This document shows positions 51,004 through 60,329 of a stretch of DNA of 64,000 bases, piece after piece (position 1 is the first letter of the stretch; every line of letters begins with the position of its first letter). The notes under the pieces are model-generated. The model saw only the letters and a list, made by a program, of their open reading frames with translations. It ran no database searches and was not told the DNA's origin. The DNA comes from an uncultured Myxococcales bacterium (GTDB taxonomy: Bacteria > Myxococcota_A > Polyangia > Palsa-1104 > JAEUJZ01), in the NCBI GenBank assembly GCA_964628555.1, contig CAZVMD010000003.1, positions 264 through 64,263 on the forward strand. The letters run 5' to 3'. Made by a program: the position numbers and the translations under genes.

Positions 51004-51825
51004 GTGAAGATTCTGGTCACCGCGAAACGCATCCCCGACCCAGGACAGAAGATCAAGCTCAAGGGCAATGCCCTCGATCTCAGCGCTGCCAACTGGCAGC
51101 TCAACCAGTTCGACGAGTACGCCGTCGAAGCCGCGCTGCGGCTGACCGAAGACGGCGCCGCCCCCGCCACCCGCCATGGCTCCGTGACTGTGGCCTCGCT
51201 GGGTCCGGCCGATGTGCAGCAGCAGCTGCGCTCGGCCCTGGCGATGGGGGCTGACAAGGCCATCCGCGTCGAAGCCAAAGACGAAGAGCTCGACGCCGTG
51301 GTGGTGGCCAAGACGCTGGAGAAGCTGGTCCGTCGCGATCAGCCGGATCTGGTGCTGATGGGCAAGCTGGCGGCCGACAACGAAGGCAACGACGTCGGCC
51401 AGCGCCTGGCTGCGCTGCTCGGCTGGCCGCAGGCGACGTTTGCCTGCAGCATCCAGGTTACGGACGGAGGCAAGGCGCTTCTGGTCGGTCGCGAAGTCGA
51501 CAACGGCGTCGAGATCAAGAAGGTCCGGCTGCCAGCCGTGGTCACCGTCGATCTGCGCATCATCTCGCCGCAGGCCGTCCGCGGTGCCAAGACCGCCGCC
51601 AACTTCGCCTACCCCGAAGGGCCGCGCTACGCCTCGCTCAAGGGCATCCGCGCTGCCAAGGACAAGCCCATCGAGGCGCTGACGCTGGCCGGGCTGGGGG
51701 TGAGCACGGGCCTCGCCGTCAAGACGCATGGCGCCGAGCTACCGCCGGCTCGCCAGGCCGGCAAGAAGGTCGGCTCCGTCGCTGAGCTGGTCGAGAAGCT
51801 GCGCAGCGAAGCCAAGGTCCTGTAA
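51004..51825 (+). CDS. etfB: electron transfer flavoprotein beta subunit
   Basis: 273 aa with a GTG start. Recognisable blocks are KILVTAKRIPDP, NQFDEYAVEAALRL, DLVLMGKLAADNEGNDVGQRLAALLGWPQATF. Confidence 0.95.
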   Translation: MKILVTAKRIPDPGQKIKLKGNALDLSAANWQLNQFDEYAVEAALRLTEDGAAPATRHGSVTVASLGPADVQQQLRSALAMGADKAIRVEAKDEELDAVVVAKTLEKLVRRDQPDLVLMGKLAADNEGNDVGQRLAALLGWPQATFACSIQVTDGGKALLVGREVDNGVEIKKVRLPAVVTVDLRIISPQAVRGAKTAANFAYPEGPRYASLKGIRAAKDKPIEALTLAGLGVSTGLAVKTHGAELPPARQAGKKVGSVAELVEKLRSEAKVL

Positions 51826-51856
51826 CCGACTGCTCACAAGAAAGAAGGGTACACAG

Positions 51857-52825
51857 ATGGGAAACGTACTTATCTATCTGGAGCAGGCGGATGGCGCGCT
51901 GCGTCCAGCGGCACTCTCGGCCATCACCTTTGCCCGCGCGGTGCACAAGGCGCAGGGCGGCAAGCTGCTGTTCCTGCTGATCGGCGACAACGTCCGGGGG
52001 GCGGCGGCGCAGGCCGCGACCTTCGGGGCTGACGCGGTCCTAACGGCCGAGGCACCGGCCCTCAAGCACTACCTGGCCGAGACCTATGCGCCGATCGTGG
52101 CGCGCGTCGCCAAGGAGCAGGGGGCGTCGCTGGTCGGCGGCACCAGCACCTCGGTGGGCAAGGATCTCTTGCCGCGCGTCGCCGGTCTTTTGGATGCGGG
52201 CCTGGCGCCGGATATCAGCGCTGTGCTGGCGGCACGGCAGTTCCGTCGGGCCACCAACGCGGGCAACGTCTATCAGACGCTGGAGATCGCCAGCCCGATC
52301 GCTGTCGTCAGCGCCCGTCAGACCGAATTCCCGCGCGCCGCACCCAGCGGCAGCAGCAGCCCGGTCAGCGCCGTCGCGCCTGGGGACATCGATGCCCGCG
52401 GCGCCGAGTTTGTCGAGCTCCAGACGCAGAAGCGCGATCGTCCCGACCTCACCGAGGCCCGCATCGTCGTCTCGGGCGGCCGCGGCATGAAAGAGGGCAA
52501 GAACTTTGCCGCCATCGAGCAGATCTGCGACGTGCTGGGCGCCGCCATGGGAGCCAGCCGCGCCGCCTGCGATGCCGGCATGGTGCCCAACGACCTGCAG
52601 GTCGGTCAGACCGGCAAGGTGGTGGCCCCGGATCTGTACATCGCCGTCGCCATCTCGGGCGCCATCCAGCACCTCGCCGGCATGAAGGGCTCGAAGGTCA
52701 TCGTCGCCATCAACAAGGATGCCGAGGCGCCGATCTTCCAGCTTGCCGACTATGGCTTGGTGGCGCAGTGGGAAAAGGCGCTGCCCGAGCTGCTCAGCGA
52801 GCTTAAGCGCGTCAAGAGCGCCTAA
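51857..52825 (+). CDS. etfA: electron transfer flavoprotein alpha subunit
   Basis: The start is set at the in-frame ATG 51857 ([13 protein letters not shown]). The C-terminal FAD-binding block is [10 protein letters not shown]...[50 protein letters not shown]. The track ORF starts at 51728 inside etfB. Confidence 0.95.
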   Translation: MGNVLIYLEQADGALRPAALSAITFARAVHKAQGGKLLFLLIGDNVRGAAAQAATFGADAVLTAEAPALKHYLAETYAPIVARVAKEQGASLVGGTSTSVGKDLLPRVAGLLDAGLAPDISAVLAARQFRRATNAGNVYQTLEIASPIAVVSARQTEFPRAAPSGSSSPVSAVAPGDIDARGAEFVELQTQKRDRPDLTEARIVVSGGRGMKEGKNFAAIEQICDVLGAAMGASRAACDAGMVPNDLQVGQTGKVVAPDLYIAVAISGAIQHLAGMKGSKVIVAINKDAEAPIFQLADYGLVAQWEKALPELLSELKRVKSA

Positions 52826-52932
52826 GCCCGCGCCCCCTCCAGCCGCATCCGCCCGCCTCCCTCGCATCCTCCCTCAGCGCTCTCCAGATAGGCAGTTTTG
52901 CTGAATCCTAGCCGACGGCTCAGGGAATTTTC

Positions 52933-53631
52933 CTATCCGTTCGTCGGTGAGCTCGCTCGGTCCTGGCACAGCGCGACGAAGTTCTGCAGCAGACGGGGAC
53001 CCAGCGGGCAGCCGATCGACTCGGGGTGAAACTGCAGGCCATACAGCGGTCGCTCGACGTGGCGCAGGGCCATGATGACCGCGGGATCGTCGGGCTCGCC
53101 GAGGGTGGCGGCGCTCCAGGCGCTGACCTGCAGCGCGGCTGGCAGCGAGTCTGGGGCGACGACCAGCGAGTGATAGCGCGTCGCGGCCAGCGTCTTGGGC
53201 AGTCCGCGCCACAGCGGATCCGCTCCCGCCCCGTCGAGGTCAGTCGCTGCTTGGCGGATCTGCCAGATCTTGCCGTGGATCGGTCGCGCGGCCCGCACCA
53301 CCTTGGCCCCGAAGGCTTCGGCCAGCAGCTGATGACCTAGGCACACGCCCAGCACTGGCCAGTTGGGTCGCTCGGCGAGCACCGCGGCCAGCAGGGCCGG
53401 TGAGGCTCCCGCGTCGCTGGGGCGGCCCGGTCCGGGCGAGATGACCAGCCCTGCGAGCGTCCGCTGCAGGATCTGCGGTAGCTGCAGTGCGTCGTTGCGG
53501 CAGACCTCGACCTCGGCCCCGGCCACCGCCAGCGCCTGTGCCAGGTTGAAGGTGAACGAGTCATAGTTGTCGACGAGCAAGAGCCGCGGTCGCAGTGCAC
53601 TGTTCCGATCCACCGCCGAAGTTCGTGCCAC
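52933..53631 (-). CDS. type-1 glutamine amidotransferase, anthranilate/aminodeoxychorismate synthase component II (TrpG/PabA)
   Basis: 232 aa. Recognisable blocks are LLLVDNYDSFTFNLAQAL, PVLGVCLGHQLLAEAFG and GLQFHPES. Confidence 0.9.
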   Translation of the reverse strand: MARTSAVDRNSALRPRLLLVDNYDSFTFNLAQALAVAGAEVEVCRNDALQLPQILQRTLAGLVISPGPGRPSDAGASPALLAAVLAERPNWPVLGVCLGHQLLAEAFGAKVVRAARPIHGKIWQIRQAATDLDGAGADPLWRGLPKTLAATRYHSLVVAPDSLPAALQVSAWSAATLGEPDDPAVIMALRHVERPLYGLQFHPESIGCPLGPRLLQNFVALCQDRASSPTNG

Positions 53632-53691
53632 CCCCGGGGCCGTGGCGTCAAGTCAGCGTCGCCACAGATGTGATAGCTTGCGGCCATCCAT

Positions 53692-54804
53692 ATGCGACAG
53701 AAGCTGCGAGCAGCGATCTTGGGGGCGACGGGGGTAGCCGGTCAGCAGTTCCTGCTGGCGCTGGCTCAGCATCCCTGGTTTTCGGTGACGGTCCTGGCCG
53801 CTTCGGAGCGCAGCGCCGGCAAGAACTATGGCGAGGCGCTGGGACCGCTGGGCTGGTGCTCGGCAGTGGCGCCGCCGGCCGAGGCGCTGACCCTCACCGT
53901 CGCCGATGCGGCCCAGCTAGCCAGCCGGGCCGGGCAGGACTTTGACCTTGTGTTCTCGGCGCTGGAGAGCGATGCCGCCCGGCAGATCGAGCCGCGCCTG
54001 GCCGCTGCGGTGCCGGTGTTTTCGACGGCTAGCGCCTATCGCTATGAGCCGGATGTGCCGATCCTGGTGCCGGGCGTAAACCCAGAGCACGCGGCCCTGC
54101 TGCGCGTCCAGCAGCGACGACGAGGCTGGCGCGGCTTTATCGCCCCCGGGCCCAACTGCACCACCACCGGCTTGGTCATCTGTCTGCGGCCGCTGCACGA
54201 CGCCTTCGGGCTGCGGCGGGTGATCATGACCTCGCTGCAGGCGGTGTCCGGGGCCGGCCGCTCGCCGGGGGTGCTGGCTCTCGATATCGTCGACAACGTC
54301 ATCCCCTACATCGCCAAGGAAGAGGAAAAGGTCGAGCTCGAGACGCGCAAGATCCTCGGCCAGTTTGCTCCTGCGGCCGGCGCTGCAGACGGGACAGAGG
54401 GCGAGATCCTGCCGCTGCCGCTTGGCCTGTCGTGCACCTGCACCCGCGTCCCGGTGCTCGATGGACACACCGAGACGGTCTACGTGGCGACAGAGAAGCC
54501 AGCGCCGCTGGCCGCGGTGCGGCAGGCCCTGCTGGACATGGGACAGGGCCTGCGCGAGCTAGAGCTACCGTCGCTGCCGGCCCAGCTGATCGCTGTGCGC
54601 GATGAGCTTAACCGCCCGCAGCCGCGGCTTGATCGCGACACCGGTGGCGGGATGACCACCGTCGTCGGACGCCTGCGGGCCGAGACGGTCCTGGGCGAGC
54701 ACGGGGTCAAGTTCGTCCTGCTGTCGCACAACACCAAGATGGGGGCGGCCGGCGGCGCGGTGCTGTGTGCCGAGTGGCTGCTGCAGCGCGGCTTCTTTGG
54801 CTGA
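53692..54804 (+). CDS. asd: aspartate-semialdehyde dehydrogenase
   Basis: 370 aa. Recognisable blocks are AAILGATGVAGQQFLLAL and IAPGPNCTTTGLV (active-site Cys context), plus SLQAVSGAG and the C-terminal HNTKMGAAGGAVLCAE. Confidence 0.85.
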   Translation: MRQKLRAAILGATGVAGQQFLLALAQHPWFSVTVLAASERSAGKNYGEALGPLGWCSAVAPPAEALTLTVADAAQLASRAGQDFDLVFSALESDAARQIEPRLAAAVPVFSTASAYRYEPDVPILVPGVNPEHAALLRVQQRRRGWRGFIAPGPNCTTTGLVICLRPLHDAFGLRRVIMTSLQAVSGAGRSPGVLALDIVDNVIPYIAKEEEKVELETRKILGQFAPAAGAADGTEGEILPLPLGLSCTCTRVPVLDGHTETVYVATEKPAPLAAVRQALLDMGQGLRELELPSLPAQLIAVRDELNRPQPRLDRDTGGGMTTVVGRLRAETVLGEHGVKFVLLSHNTKMGAAGGAVLCAEWLLQRGFFG

Positions 54805-54929
54805 TCGCGGACCGGCCCGCGGCCAAGAAAAAATGCCGATAAGCGGCGGTTCTGCGACGAGAAATCAGGCAAAAAAAGCTGCAAAAACTACTGTTCCGTC
54901 GGATTCATGCATTACTCTAGAGGCTGGAT

Positions 54930-55595
54930 ATGGCGCCCAGCCAGCCTCGCTCTCCGATGGAGATGGTTGAAACTCTACAAGCGCGAATTCAGGCAGCTGC
55001 CCGTGGCTATCGCGTAGCAACGGTGCGCTACCTGATGCGGCCGCCCCTGTCGCTGCGACCTAAGTACGTGGCGTTCTTGCTCGATCTGGCCCACCAGTCC
55101 GAGCATATGCAGGCGGTCCTGGGCCGCGCCTCCGAGCGGGTCGCTGATGAGCAATTAGCCAGCTTGCTAAAACATCATCACCGCGAGGAGCGAGCCCGGT
55201 CGCAGCTGGTGCTGTCGGATCTGCGGCGCCTCGGGGTAGCCGAGGGTCTGCCGGAGCGGACAGCGACGAGCGGGGATGCCGCACTGCGCGCCTACAGCAG
55301 CAGCCTAAGCTACGAGCGGCCCAAGGCCATGCTCGGCCTGCTGCTGGTCTTTTTGGGGGTCGCCTCCGAGATCAGTCCGATCATCGTGCGCCTGCTCAGC
55401 GTCGGCAGCGTGCCACGGGAAGCGATGCGCTGGCTGCTGCTGCGCGAGTCCAACGATGGCCAAGCGATGCGCGAGCTGCTGTCGCAGGTCGCCGAGCTGG
55501 TGCGCGATCCCGTCGAGCAGAACAGCGTGATCGAGGCGGCCGAGGTCGCCGGCGAGCTGTTGGCCTTGGGGGCGGGGGCGCGCAGCGCTGCCTGA
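54930..55595 (+). CDS. hypothetical all-helical protein
   Basis: 221-aa ORF with coding-like composition. A possible heme-oxygenase-like helical bundle is only a guess. Confidence 0.5.
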   Translation: MAPSQPRSPMEMVETLQARIQAAARGYRVATVRYLMRPPLSLRPKYVAFLLDLAHQSEHMQAVLGRASERVADEQLASLLKHHHREERARSQLVLSDLRRLGVAEGLPERTATSGDAALRAYSSSLSYERPKAMLGLLLVFLGVASEISPIIVRLLSVGSVPREAMRWLLLRESNDGQAMRELLSQVAELVRDPVEQNSVIEAAEVAGELLALGAGARSAA

Positions 55596-55612
55596 GGCCG
55601 GCTAGCCAGCCC

Positions 55613-56539
55613 TTAGTGTGGCGCGGCGCTGGCGTCGCTGCTGGGGTAGCGCACGGTGAGGTGGTCGGGATGGGCGCGATTGTTCAGATAGACCATCTGC
55701 GGCAGCGGACTGCTGCGGCTGATCTTGCGCCACAGGGCATCGAAGCGGGCCAGGCGCGTATCCAGCTCCTCGGGCGGTCCCTGGCCTAGCTGCAGTGCCA
55801 CGCCGGCTCGCGTGTACAGCGTAATGCCGACGAAGCGATCGATGTGAACCTCACCAATCGGCGGCCGGCTGGGCTCCAGCTGATAGCGCTGCAGCGCCAG
55901 GAGCGCGGTGCGAATCTGGGCCCGGGCATAGGCTGGCTCAAGGACGTAACCGGCGCGGCCGATGCCGGTGATCACGGCCAGCTCGCCATACTCGCTGGGG
56001 TGGGCCCGCTTGAACACAGTCCCGTCGCTGTCGCAGAGATAAATCGACTCTAAAGAGACCAGGGCGGCCGGCTCGTGCTCGGTAAGCTCGATGTGCAGGA
56101 TGTTCGGCAGCTCGCGGCGGACGCGGACCTGTTTCAGCCATGGCTCGCTGGCTAAGCGGGCGACAATCGCGTCGCTGTCGACGTGCAGGAGGTTGGTGCC
56201 CAAGGCCACCGCCGCCCGGCTGAGGATGCCGGCCTGCGACAGGTGACGGGTGCCGGTGATGCGCACCTCGCGTAGCGCCAAGCGCGGGCTGTGATAGACG
56301 AAGTAGCGGCCGCCGATCGTCGCTGCCACCAGGCCTCCGGCAATCAGCGCGAAGATCAGCACGCGGCGCAGAAGCTTGAGGCTGCGCTGCCACAGCGGCG
56401 TGGTCTTCTTCGGCGGGCTGCCGGTCTCGCCTGGCTTCTTCGGGCCGAGGCGACGGTTGCCGCGACCGAAGCCAAGGAAGAACAGGCTGGCAAAAGAGCG
56501 ACGGCGGCTGACCGCGCCGCGCGAGCGCACCCGGGGCAT
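55613..56539 (-). CDS. FtsQ/DivIB-like POTRA domain protein
   Basis: 308 aa with a basic cytoplasmic N-terminus and one TM (VLIFALIAGGLVAATIGG). The POTRA/FtsQ block is LREVRITGTRHLSQAGILSRAAVALGTNLLHVDSDAIVARLASEPWLKQVRVRRELPNILHIELTEHEPAALV. Confidence 0.7.
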   Translation of the reverse strand: MPRVRSRGAVSRRRSFASLFFLGFGRGNRRLGPKKPGETGSPPKKTTPLWQRSLKLLRRVLIFALIAGGLVAATIGGRYFVYHSPRLALREVRITGTRHLSQAGILSRAAVALGTNLLHVDSDAIVARLASEPWLKQVRVRRELPNILHIELTEHEPAALVSLESIYLCDSDGTVFKRAHPSEYGELAVITGIGRAGYVLEPAYARAQIRTALLALQRYQLEPSRPPIGEVHIDRFVGITLYTRAGVALQLGQGPPEELDTRLARFDALWRKISRSSPLPQMVYLNNRAHPDHLTVRYPSSDASAAPH

Positions 56540-56548
56540 GGGGGCAGT

Positions 56549-57310
56549 CTAGGAACAGCCGCTTGGGCTGTCGATTTTTCCCGTCGCGCAGTCCGCTGAG
56601 CCTTCAGGATCTTGGGTCTGGCTGGCGAGGCAGGCCGGGCAGTCAGGACGCGGCGTCAGGCGAATCAGACGGCGCTGGCCGCGCAGCAGATCCAGGGTCA
56701 GCACCGCTCCGGCATAGCGCGGGCGACCGTGCAGAATCGCCAGCGCCTCATCGGCCATCAGCCCAGCCACCAGGCCACAGGCGGGGCCAAGCACGCCGGC
56801 CTGCTGACAGGACAGCGCGCTGCCCTCGGGCGGCGGGGCTTCGAACAGGCAGCGATAGCAGGCGGCCCCCGGCCAGATAGTCTGCAGCTGACCCGAGAAG
56901 CGGACGATGCCGCCGATCAGCGCCGGCCGTCCGAGGGCGCGCGCCGTATCGCTGACCAGAAACTTGGTCGCCAGGTCGTCGCTGCCGTCGATGACCAGGT
57001 CATGCTCGGCAAGCAGCGCCCGGCTGTTATCGGGCGAGAGGCGGGCGGCGTGGGTCTGTAGCTGCAGCGCAGGTACAGTCGAGCCGGCCCGCGGGCTGCG
57101 TCGTCGGAGCATGGCGGCCGCCGCCGTGACCTTGGGCTGCCCGAGGCTGGCCCCGGACAAGAGGATCTGACGATGTAGGTTCGAGATCTCGACGACATCG
57201 GGATCCAGCAGGGTCAGCTGGGTAACCTGCGGCGCGGCGGCCAGGGCTAGGGCGAGCGGCGAGCCCAGGCCGCCAACCCCGACGAGGAGGAGGCGCGCGC
57301 CGCTATTCAT
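56549..57310 (-). CDS. ThiF/MoeB/HesA-family E1-like adenylyltransferase
   Basis: The start is set at ATG 57310 (MNSGARLLLVGVGGLGSPLALAL). Recognisable blocks are LLDPDVVEISNLHRQ, the CYRC...CPAC zinc-type pairs and DLVIDGSDDLATKF. The track ORF extends to 57466 into the permease gene. Confidence 0.8.
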   Translation of the reverse strand: MNSGARLLLVGVGGLGSPLALALAAAPQVTQLTLLDPDVVEISNLHRQILLSGASLGQPKVTAAAAMLRRRSPRAGSTVPALQLQTHAARLSPDNSRALLAEHDLVIDGSDDLATKFLVSDTARALGRPALIGGIVRFSGQLQTIWPGAACYRCLFEAPPPEGSALSCQQAGVLGPACGLVAGLMADEALAILHGRPRYAGAVLTLDLLRGQRRLIRLTPRPDCPACLASQTQDPEGSADCATGKIDSPSGCS

Positions 57311-58508
57311 AGCGCAGGGCTTCGACGGGATCGAGGTTGGCGGCTCGCTGGGCTGGCATGACCCCGGAGAGCACACCGACCACCGCTGAGAAGCCGATGG
57401 CGATGCCAATGATGTCGGCTGACAAGCGCAGCGGCAGCGTCGGGACCAGCCAGCCGGCGAGGCCAATCAGCGAGGCTCCGAGCAGCAGGCCGATAAGCCC
57501 CCCGGCCAGCGAGATGACCACGGCTTCGAGTAGGAACTGCAGCATGATGTGGCGTCGCTTGGCCCCGACGGCGCGGCGGACGCCGATCTCACGCGTGCGC
57601 TCGCGCACCGAGACCAGCATGATGTTGGCGATGCCGATGCCCCCGACGACGAGCGAGATGGCGGCAATCGCCAGCAGGAGGAGCGACATGGTGGCCATGA
57701 TGCCGTTTACCGTGCTGAGCATGTCGTCCTGCGAGATGACGGTAAAGTCGATGAGCCCGCCGTGGCGACGGCGCAGGATGTCGGTGACCTCTTCGATGGC
57801 GGGCTCGATGCTGACCTTGTCGCGGGCCCGGATCAGCAAGTTCGACAAGCCGTCCATGGCGAACATATCCATCGCCGTCGTCGAGGGCACAAAGACGAGG
57901 TCGTCCATGTCGAAGCCCAAGGTGGTGCCCTTGTGCTCCATCAGGCCGATGATGCGGAACTCGCTGTCGGCGATCTTGATGACTTTGCCGAGCGGGTTTT
58001 CTTCGCCAAAGATCTCGCGCACCACGGTGCGGCCCAAGATGGCGAAGCGGCGGTGGGCGTCGATGTCTTCCTCGACGAAGAAGCGGCCCTGATTGACGCG
58101 CATCTGGCGGATCTCGTCGAAGCGGCCGCCGACCCCCAGCACGAAGGTGTCACGGCGACGATTGCCGAAGCGGACGGTGCCGCCGCCGTTGACGATGGCC
58201 GTGACGCCATCCAAGGAGCTAGCGCGATGGCGCAGCGCGACCTCGTCCTCGCGGGTGAGCTTGTGCACGGTGCCGACCGGCGGCGCGCCAAAGCCCTTGG
58301 TCTCGCGTCGGCCCGGCACGACCTGCAAGAGGTTGCTGCCCAGGCCGGCGAAGGTCTCGGCCAGGTACTGCCGCGCCCCCTCACCGAGCGAGACGAGGAG
58401 GATGACGCTGAGCACACCAATCAGCACGCCGAGCGTTGTAAGAAACGCGCGGATCTTGTTGGCGCGCAGCGTGTCGAGCGCGGTGAGGAGGAGTTCGAGG
58501 AGAGGCAC
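57303..58508 (-). CDS. MacB/FtsX-family ABC transporter permease
   Basis: 401 aa. The N-terminus is LDTLRANKIRAFLTTLGVLIGVLSVILLVSLGEGA. A MacB-type periplasmic domain is present. The C-terminal FtsX block is GIANIMLVSVRERTREIGVRRAVGAKR...PAQRAANLDPVEALRYE. No ATPase gene is adjacent. Confidence 0.9.
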   Translation of the reverse strand: MPLLELLLTALDTLRANKIRAFLTTLGVLIGVLSVILLVSLGEGARQYLAETFAGLGSNLLQVVPGRRETKGFGAPPVGTVHKLTREDEVALRHRASSLDGVTAIVNGGGTVRFGNRRRDTFVLGVGGRFDEIRQMRVNQGRFFVEEDIDAHRRFAILGRTVVREIFGEENPLGKVIKIADSEFRIIGLMEHKGTTLGFDMDDLVFVPSTTAMDMFAMDGLSNLLIRARDKVSIEPAIEEVTDILRRRHGGLIDFTVISQDDMLSTVNGIMATMSLLLLAIAAISLVVGGIGIANIMLVSVRERTREIGVRRAVGAKRRHIMLQFLLEAVVISLAGGLIGLLLGASLIGLAGWLVPTLPLRLSADIIGIAIGFSAVVGVLSGVMPAQRAANLDPVEALRYE

Positions 58509-58544
58509 GAGTGGGGGACAGGGGTGGGAGGAAGGCGAGCCGGG

Positions 58545-58766
58545 CTAGGCGGTGCGCGGTTCCCAGTAAAACAGCGTGATGGCCAGGCAGTGAAAGGCCT
58601 CGTCGCTGGACTGGGTGACGACGCGGTCGACGATCTGATACTGCGGATGCTCAGCGATCCAGGCCGAGACCTTCTCGCCGAGCTGATCGCGATCCTGCGC
58701 CATGGTGGCCGAGAAGACCTTGACGCCGTTGAACTGATTGGGACCGGGCTGGTTGAACTCGGACAT
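58545..58766 (-). CDS. small hypothetical protein
   Basis: 74 aa from ATG 58766 (MSEFNQPGPNQFNGVKVFSATMAQDRDQLGEKVSAWIAEHPQYQIVDRVVTQSSDEAFHCLAITLFYWEPR). The track uses a TTG at 58802. Composition is balanced. No family recognised. Confidence 0.5.
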   Translation of the reverse strand: MSEFNQPGPNQFNGVKVFSATMAQDRDQLGEKVSAWIAEHPQYQIVDRVVTQSSDEAFHCLAITLFYWEPRTA

Positions 58767-58848
58767 GGGCCTATTTGGAATCGGGGAGGTAGGTGGCGTC
58801 AAGCAGCCGATGCTGTACGGCGCCGGCGCGGTCGCAGGCTGGGTTCGA

Positions 58849-60096
58849 CTAGCCGGCGCTGACCAAGGTCATGATCTCGTCGCTGGTCAGCAGGCGAACC
58901 TGCGTCTTGGCGTAGGCCAGGATCTTTTTGGCGACTGTGCTGTCGACGGTGATACCGCGCCGGCGCAGCCAGTAGTGGACGTTCGACTCGCCGGACATCG
59001 GGCCGATCTCGATCTCTTGCTGCCGGCCAAACAGGCCAGCCGGGACGGATGAATAGATGCGGTCGGCGAGGAAGGCATCGCCCTTGCGCTCGGCCTTGAT
59101 GATGGCGGCGGCATGGACGCCTGTGGCGGTGCGGAAGGCATCGCCGCCGAGCACCGGGTAGTTGTAGGGGATCGGCACCTGGCAGGCCCGCGATACGACG
59201 GCGGCTAGCTCGACGAGCTTGCTAAGGTCGCGAGCCCCCGGCAGCACCCCTAGCAGGAACAGGTTGACCAGGATCTGATCGATGGCGGCATTGCCGACCC
59301 GCTCGCCGACGCCGAGCACGGTGCCGTGGACGCGATCAGCCCCCGACTGCAGAGCGACGAGCGCGTTGATCACCGCCAAGCCGCGGTCATTGTGGCCATG
59401 CCAGTCGAGTCGAATGTGCTCGGCCGAGCCGTGCTGTTGCACCACATCGGCGGTAAAGCGCAGGAGCGCCCGCACGCCTTCGGGGGTGGCGTGGCCGACG
59501 GTATCGCAGAGGCAGAGTCGATAGGCGCCGTGGTCGAGAGCGTTCTTAAACAGGCTGCTCAGCATGTCGGGATGGGCCCGCGTCGTGTCCTCGGTGACGT
59601 AGCAGGCCGGCAGGCTGTTCTGCACGCAGAAGTCGATGGCCTCGGCCGATAGCTTCAGCATGCGGGCCGCGTCCCAGTCTTCAGCAAAGACGCGAATGGG
59701 CGACGAGCCGATGAAGGTCATGACCTCGATGGCGGTGCCGGTGCGCTGGCTGATCTCGACGATGGGTCGGATGTCGTTAAGGTGTGTGCGGGCAGCGCAG
59801 GCCGGGCGGATGCGTAGCTTGCGATCGCTGATGGCGCGGATGATGCGCTCGGTGTCCTCGACGGCGCGCGGACCTGAGCCGGGCAGGCTGACGTCCAGAT
59901 ACTCGACGCCGACCGCATCCAAGAGCTCGACGATGCGGATCTTGTCTTCGATATCCGGATCGTGCACCGACGGCGACTGGATGCCGTCCCGCAGGGTCTC
60001 ATCAAAAAGGGAGAAGCCGGAGGCAAACGGGAGCGCGCCGGGATCGTGGCGGTTCCAGTCGTGGATGATGTCGGGGTTCAGCTCAGAGCTGGACAT
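58849..60096 (-). CDS. 2-isopropylmalate synthase/homocitrate synthase family (HMGL-like) protein
   Basis: The start is set at ATG 60096 (MSSSELNPD...). Recognisable blocks are LFDETLRDGIQSP, LCDTVGHATP and DWHGHNDRGLAVINALVAL. The track extension to 60231 would run through a strong terminator hairpin belonging to the upstream operon. Confidence 0.8.
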   Translation of the reverse strand: MSSSELNPDIIHDWNRHDPGALPFASGFSLFDETLRDGIQSPSVHDPDIEDKIRIVELLDAVGVEYLDVSLPGSGPRAVEDTERIIRAISDRKLRIRPACAARTHLNDIRPIVEISQRTGTAIEVMTFIGSSPIRVFAEDWDAARMLKLSAEAIDFCVQNSLPACYVTEDTTRAHPDMLSSLFKNALDHGAYRLCLCDTVGHATPEGVRALLRFTADVVQQHGSAEHIRLDWHGHNDRGLAVINALVALQSGADRVHGTVLGVGERVGNAAIDQILVNLFLLGVLPGARDLSKLVELAAVVSRACQVPIPYNYPVLGGDAFRTATGVHAAAIIKAERKGDAFLADRIYSSVPAGLFGRQQEIEIGPMSGESNVHYWLRRRGITVDSTVAKKILAYAKTQVRLLTSDEIMTLVSAG

Positions 60097-60220
60097 GCGG
60101 TTCTCCTGGGACAGTTCTCCTGCGACGCTGCGGCGGGAGTGAGCCCAGCAGTCGGAAGCCGGGTCAGCCAGTGCGTAAGCAGGGGGCCAAGGATATACAG
60201 TGCCGCGGTCGACGATGCGC

Positions 60221-60313
60221 AAAAATAGCAACGCCCCGGTGCTCTCGTTGCGGAGGGCGACCGGGGCGTTGGCGAGGCGCTGTCTGAGCCGCTGAGGTGA
60301 GTCAGCCGCTCAG
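60221..60313 (-). terminator. two consecutive hairpins after the paralog operon, the distal one a Rho-independent terminator
   Basis: On the minus strand, CAACGCCCCGGT (60271-60260) pairs perfectly over 12 bp with ACCGGGGCGTTG (60240-60229), with a 19-nt loop. It is followed by C-TATTTTT (60228-60221). Proximal to the stop codon, a second hairpin spans 60284-60295/60302-60313 (11 of 12 pairs, 6-nt loop). Confidence 0.7.
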
Positions 60314-60329
60314 GCAGAACGAGGCAGGA

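Noticed and set aside
54806-54830. CGCGG-N6-CCGCG hairpin after asd, followed by an A-run
   Set aside because: The run is A-rich, not T-rich, on the asd strand, and no minus-strand gene ends here. It does not fit an intrinsic terminator on either strand.
60097-60231. N-terminal extension of the isopropylmalate-synthase-like ORF to 460 aa
   Set aside because: The extension overlaps the Rho-independent terminator of the upstream operon (60221-60271) and reads as non-coding (MLFLRIVDRGTVYPWPPAYALADPASDCWAHSRR...). ATG 60096 gives a family-typical start.
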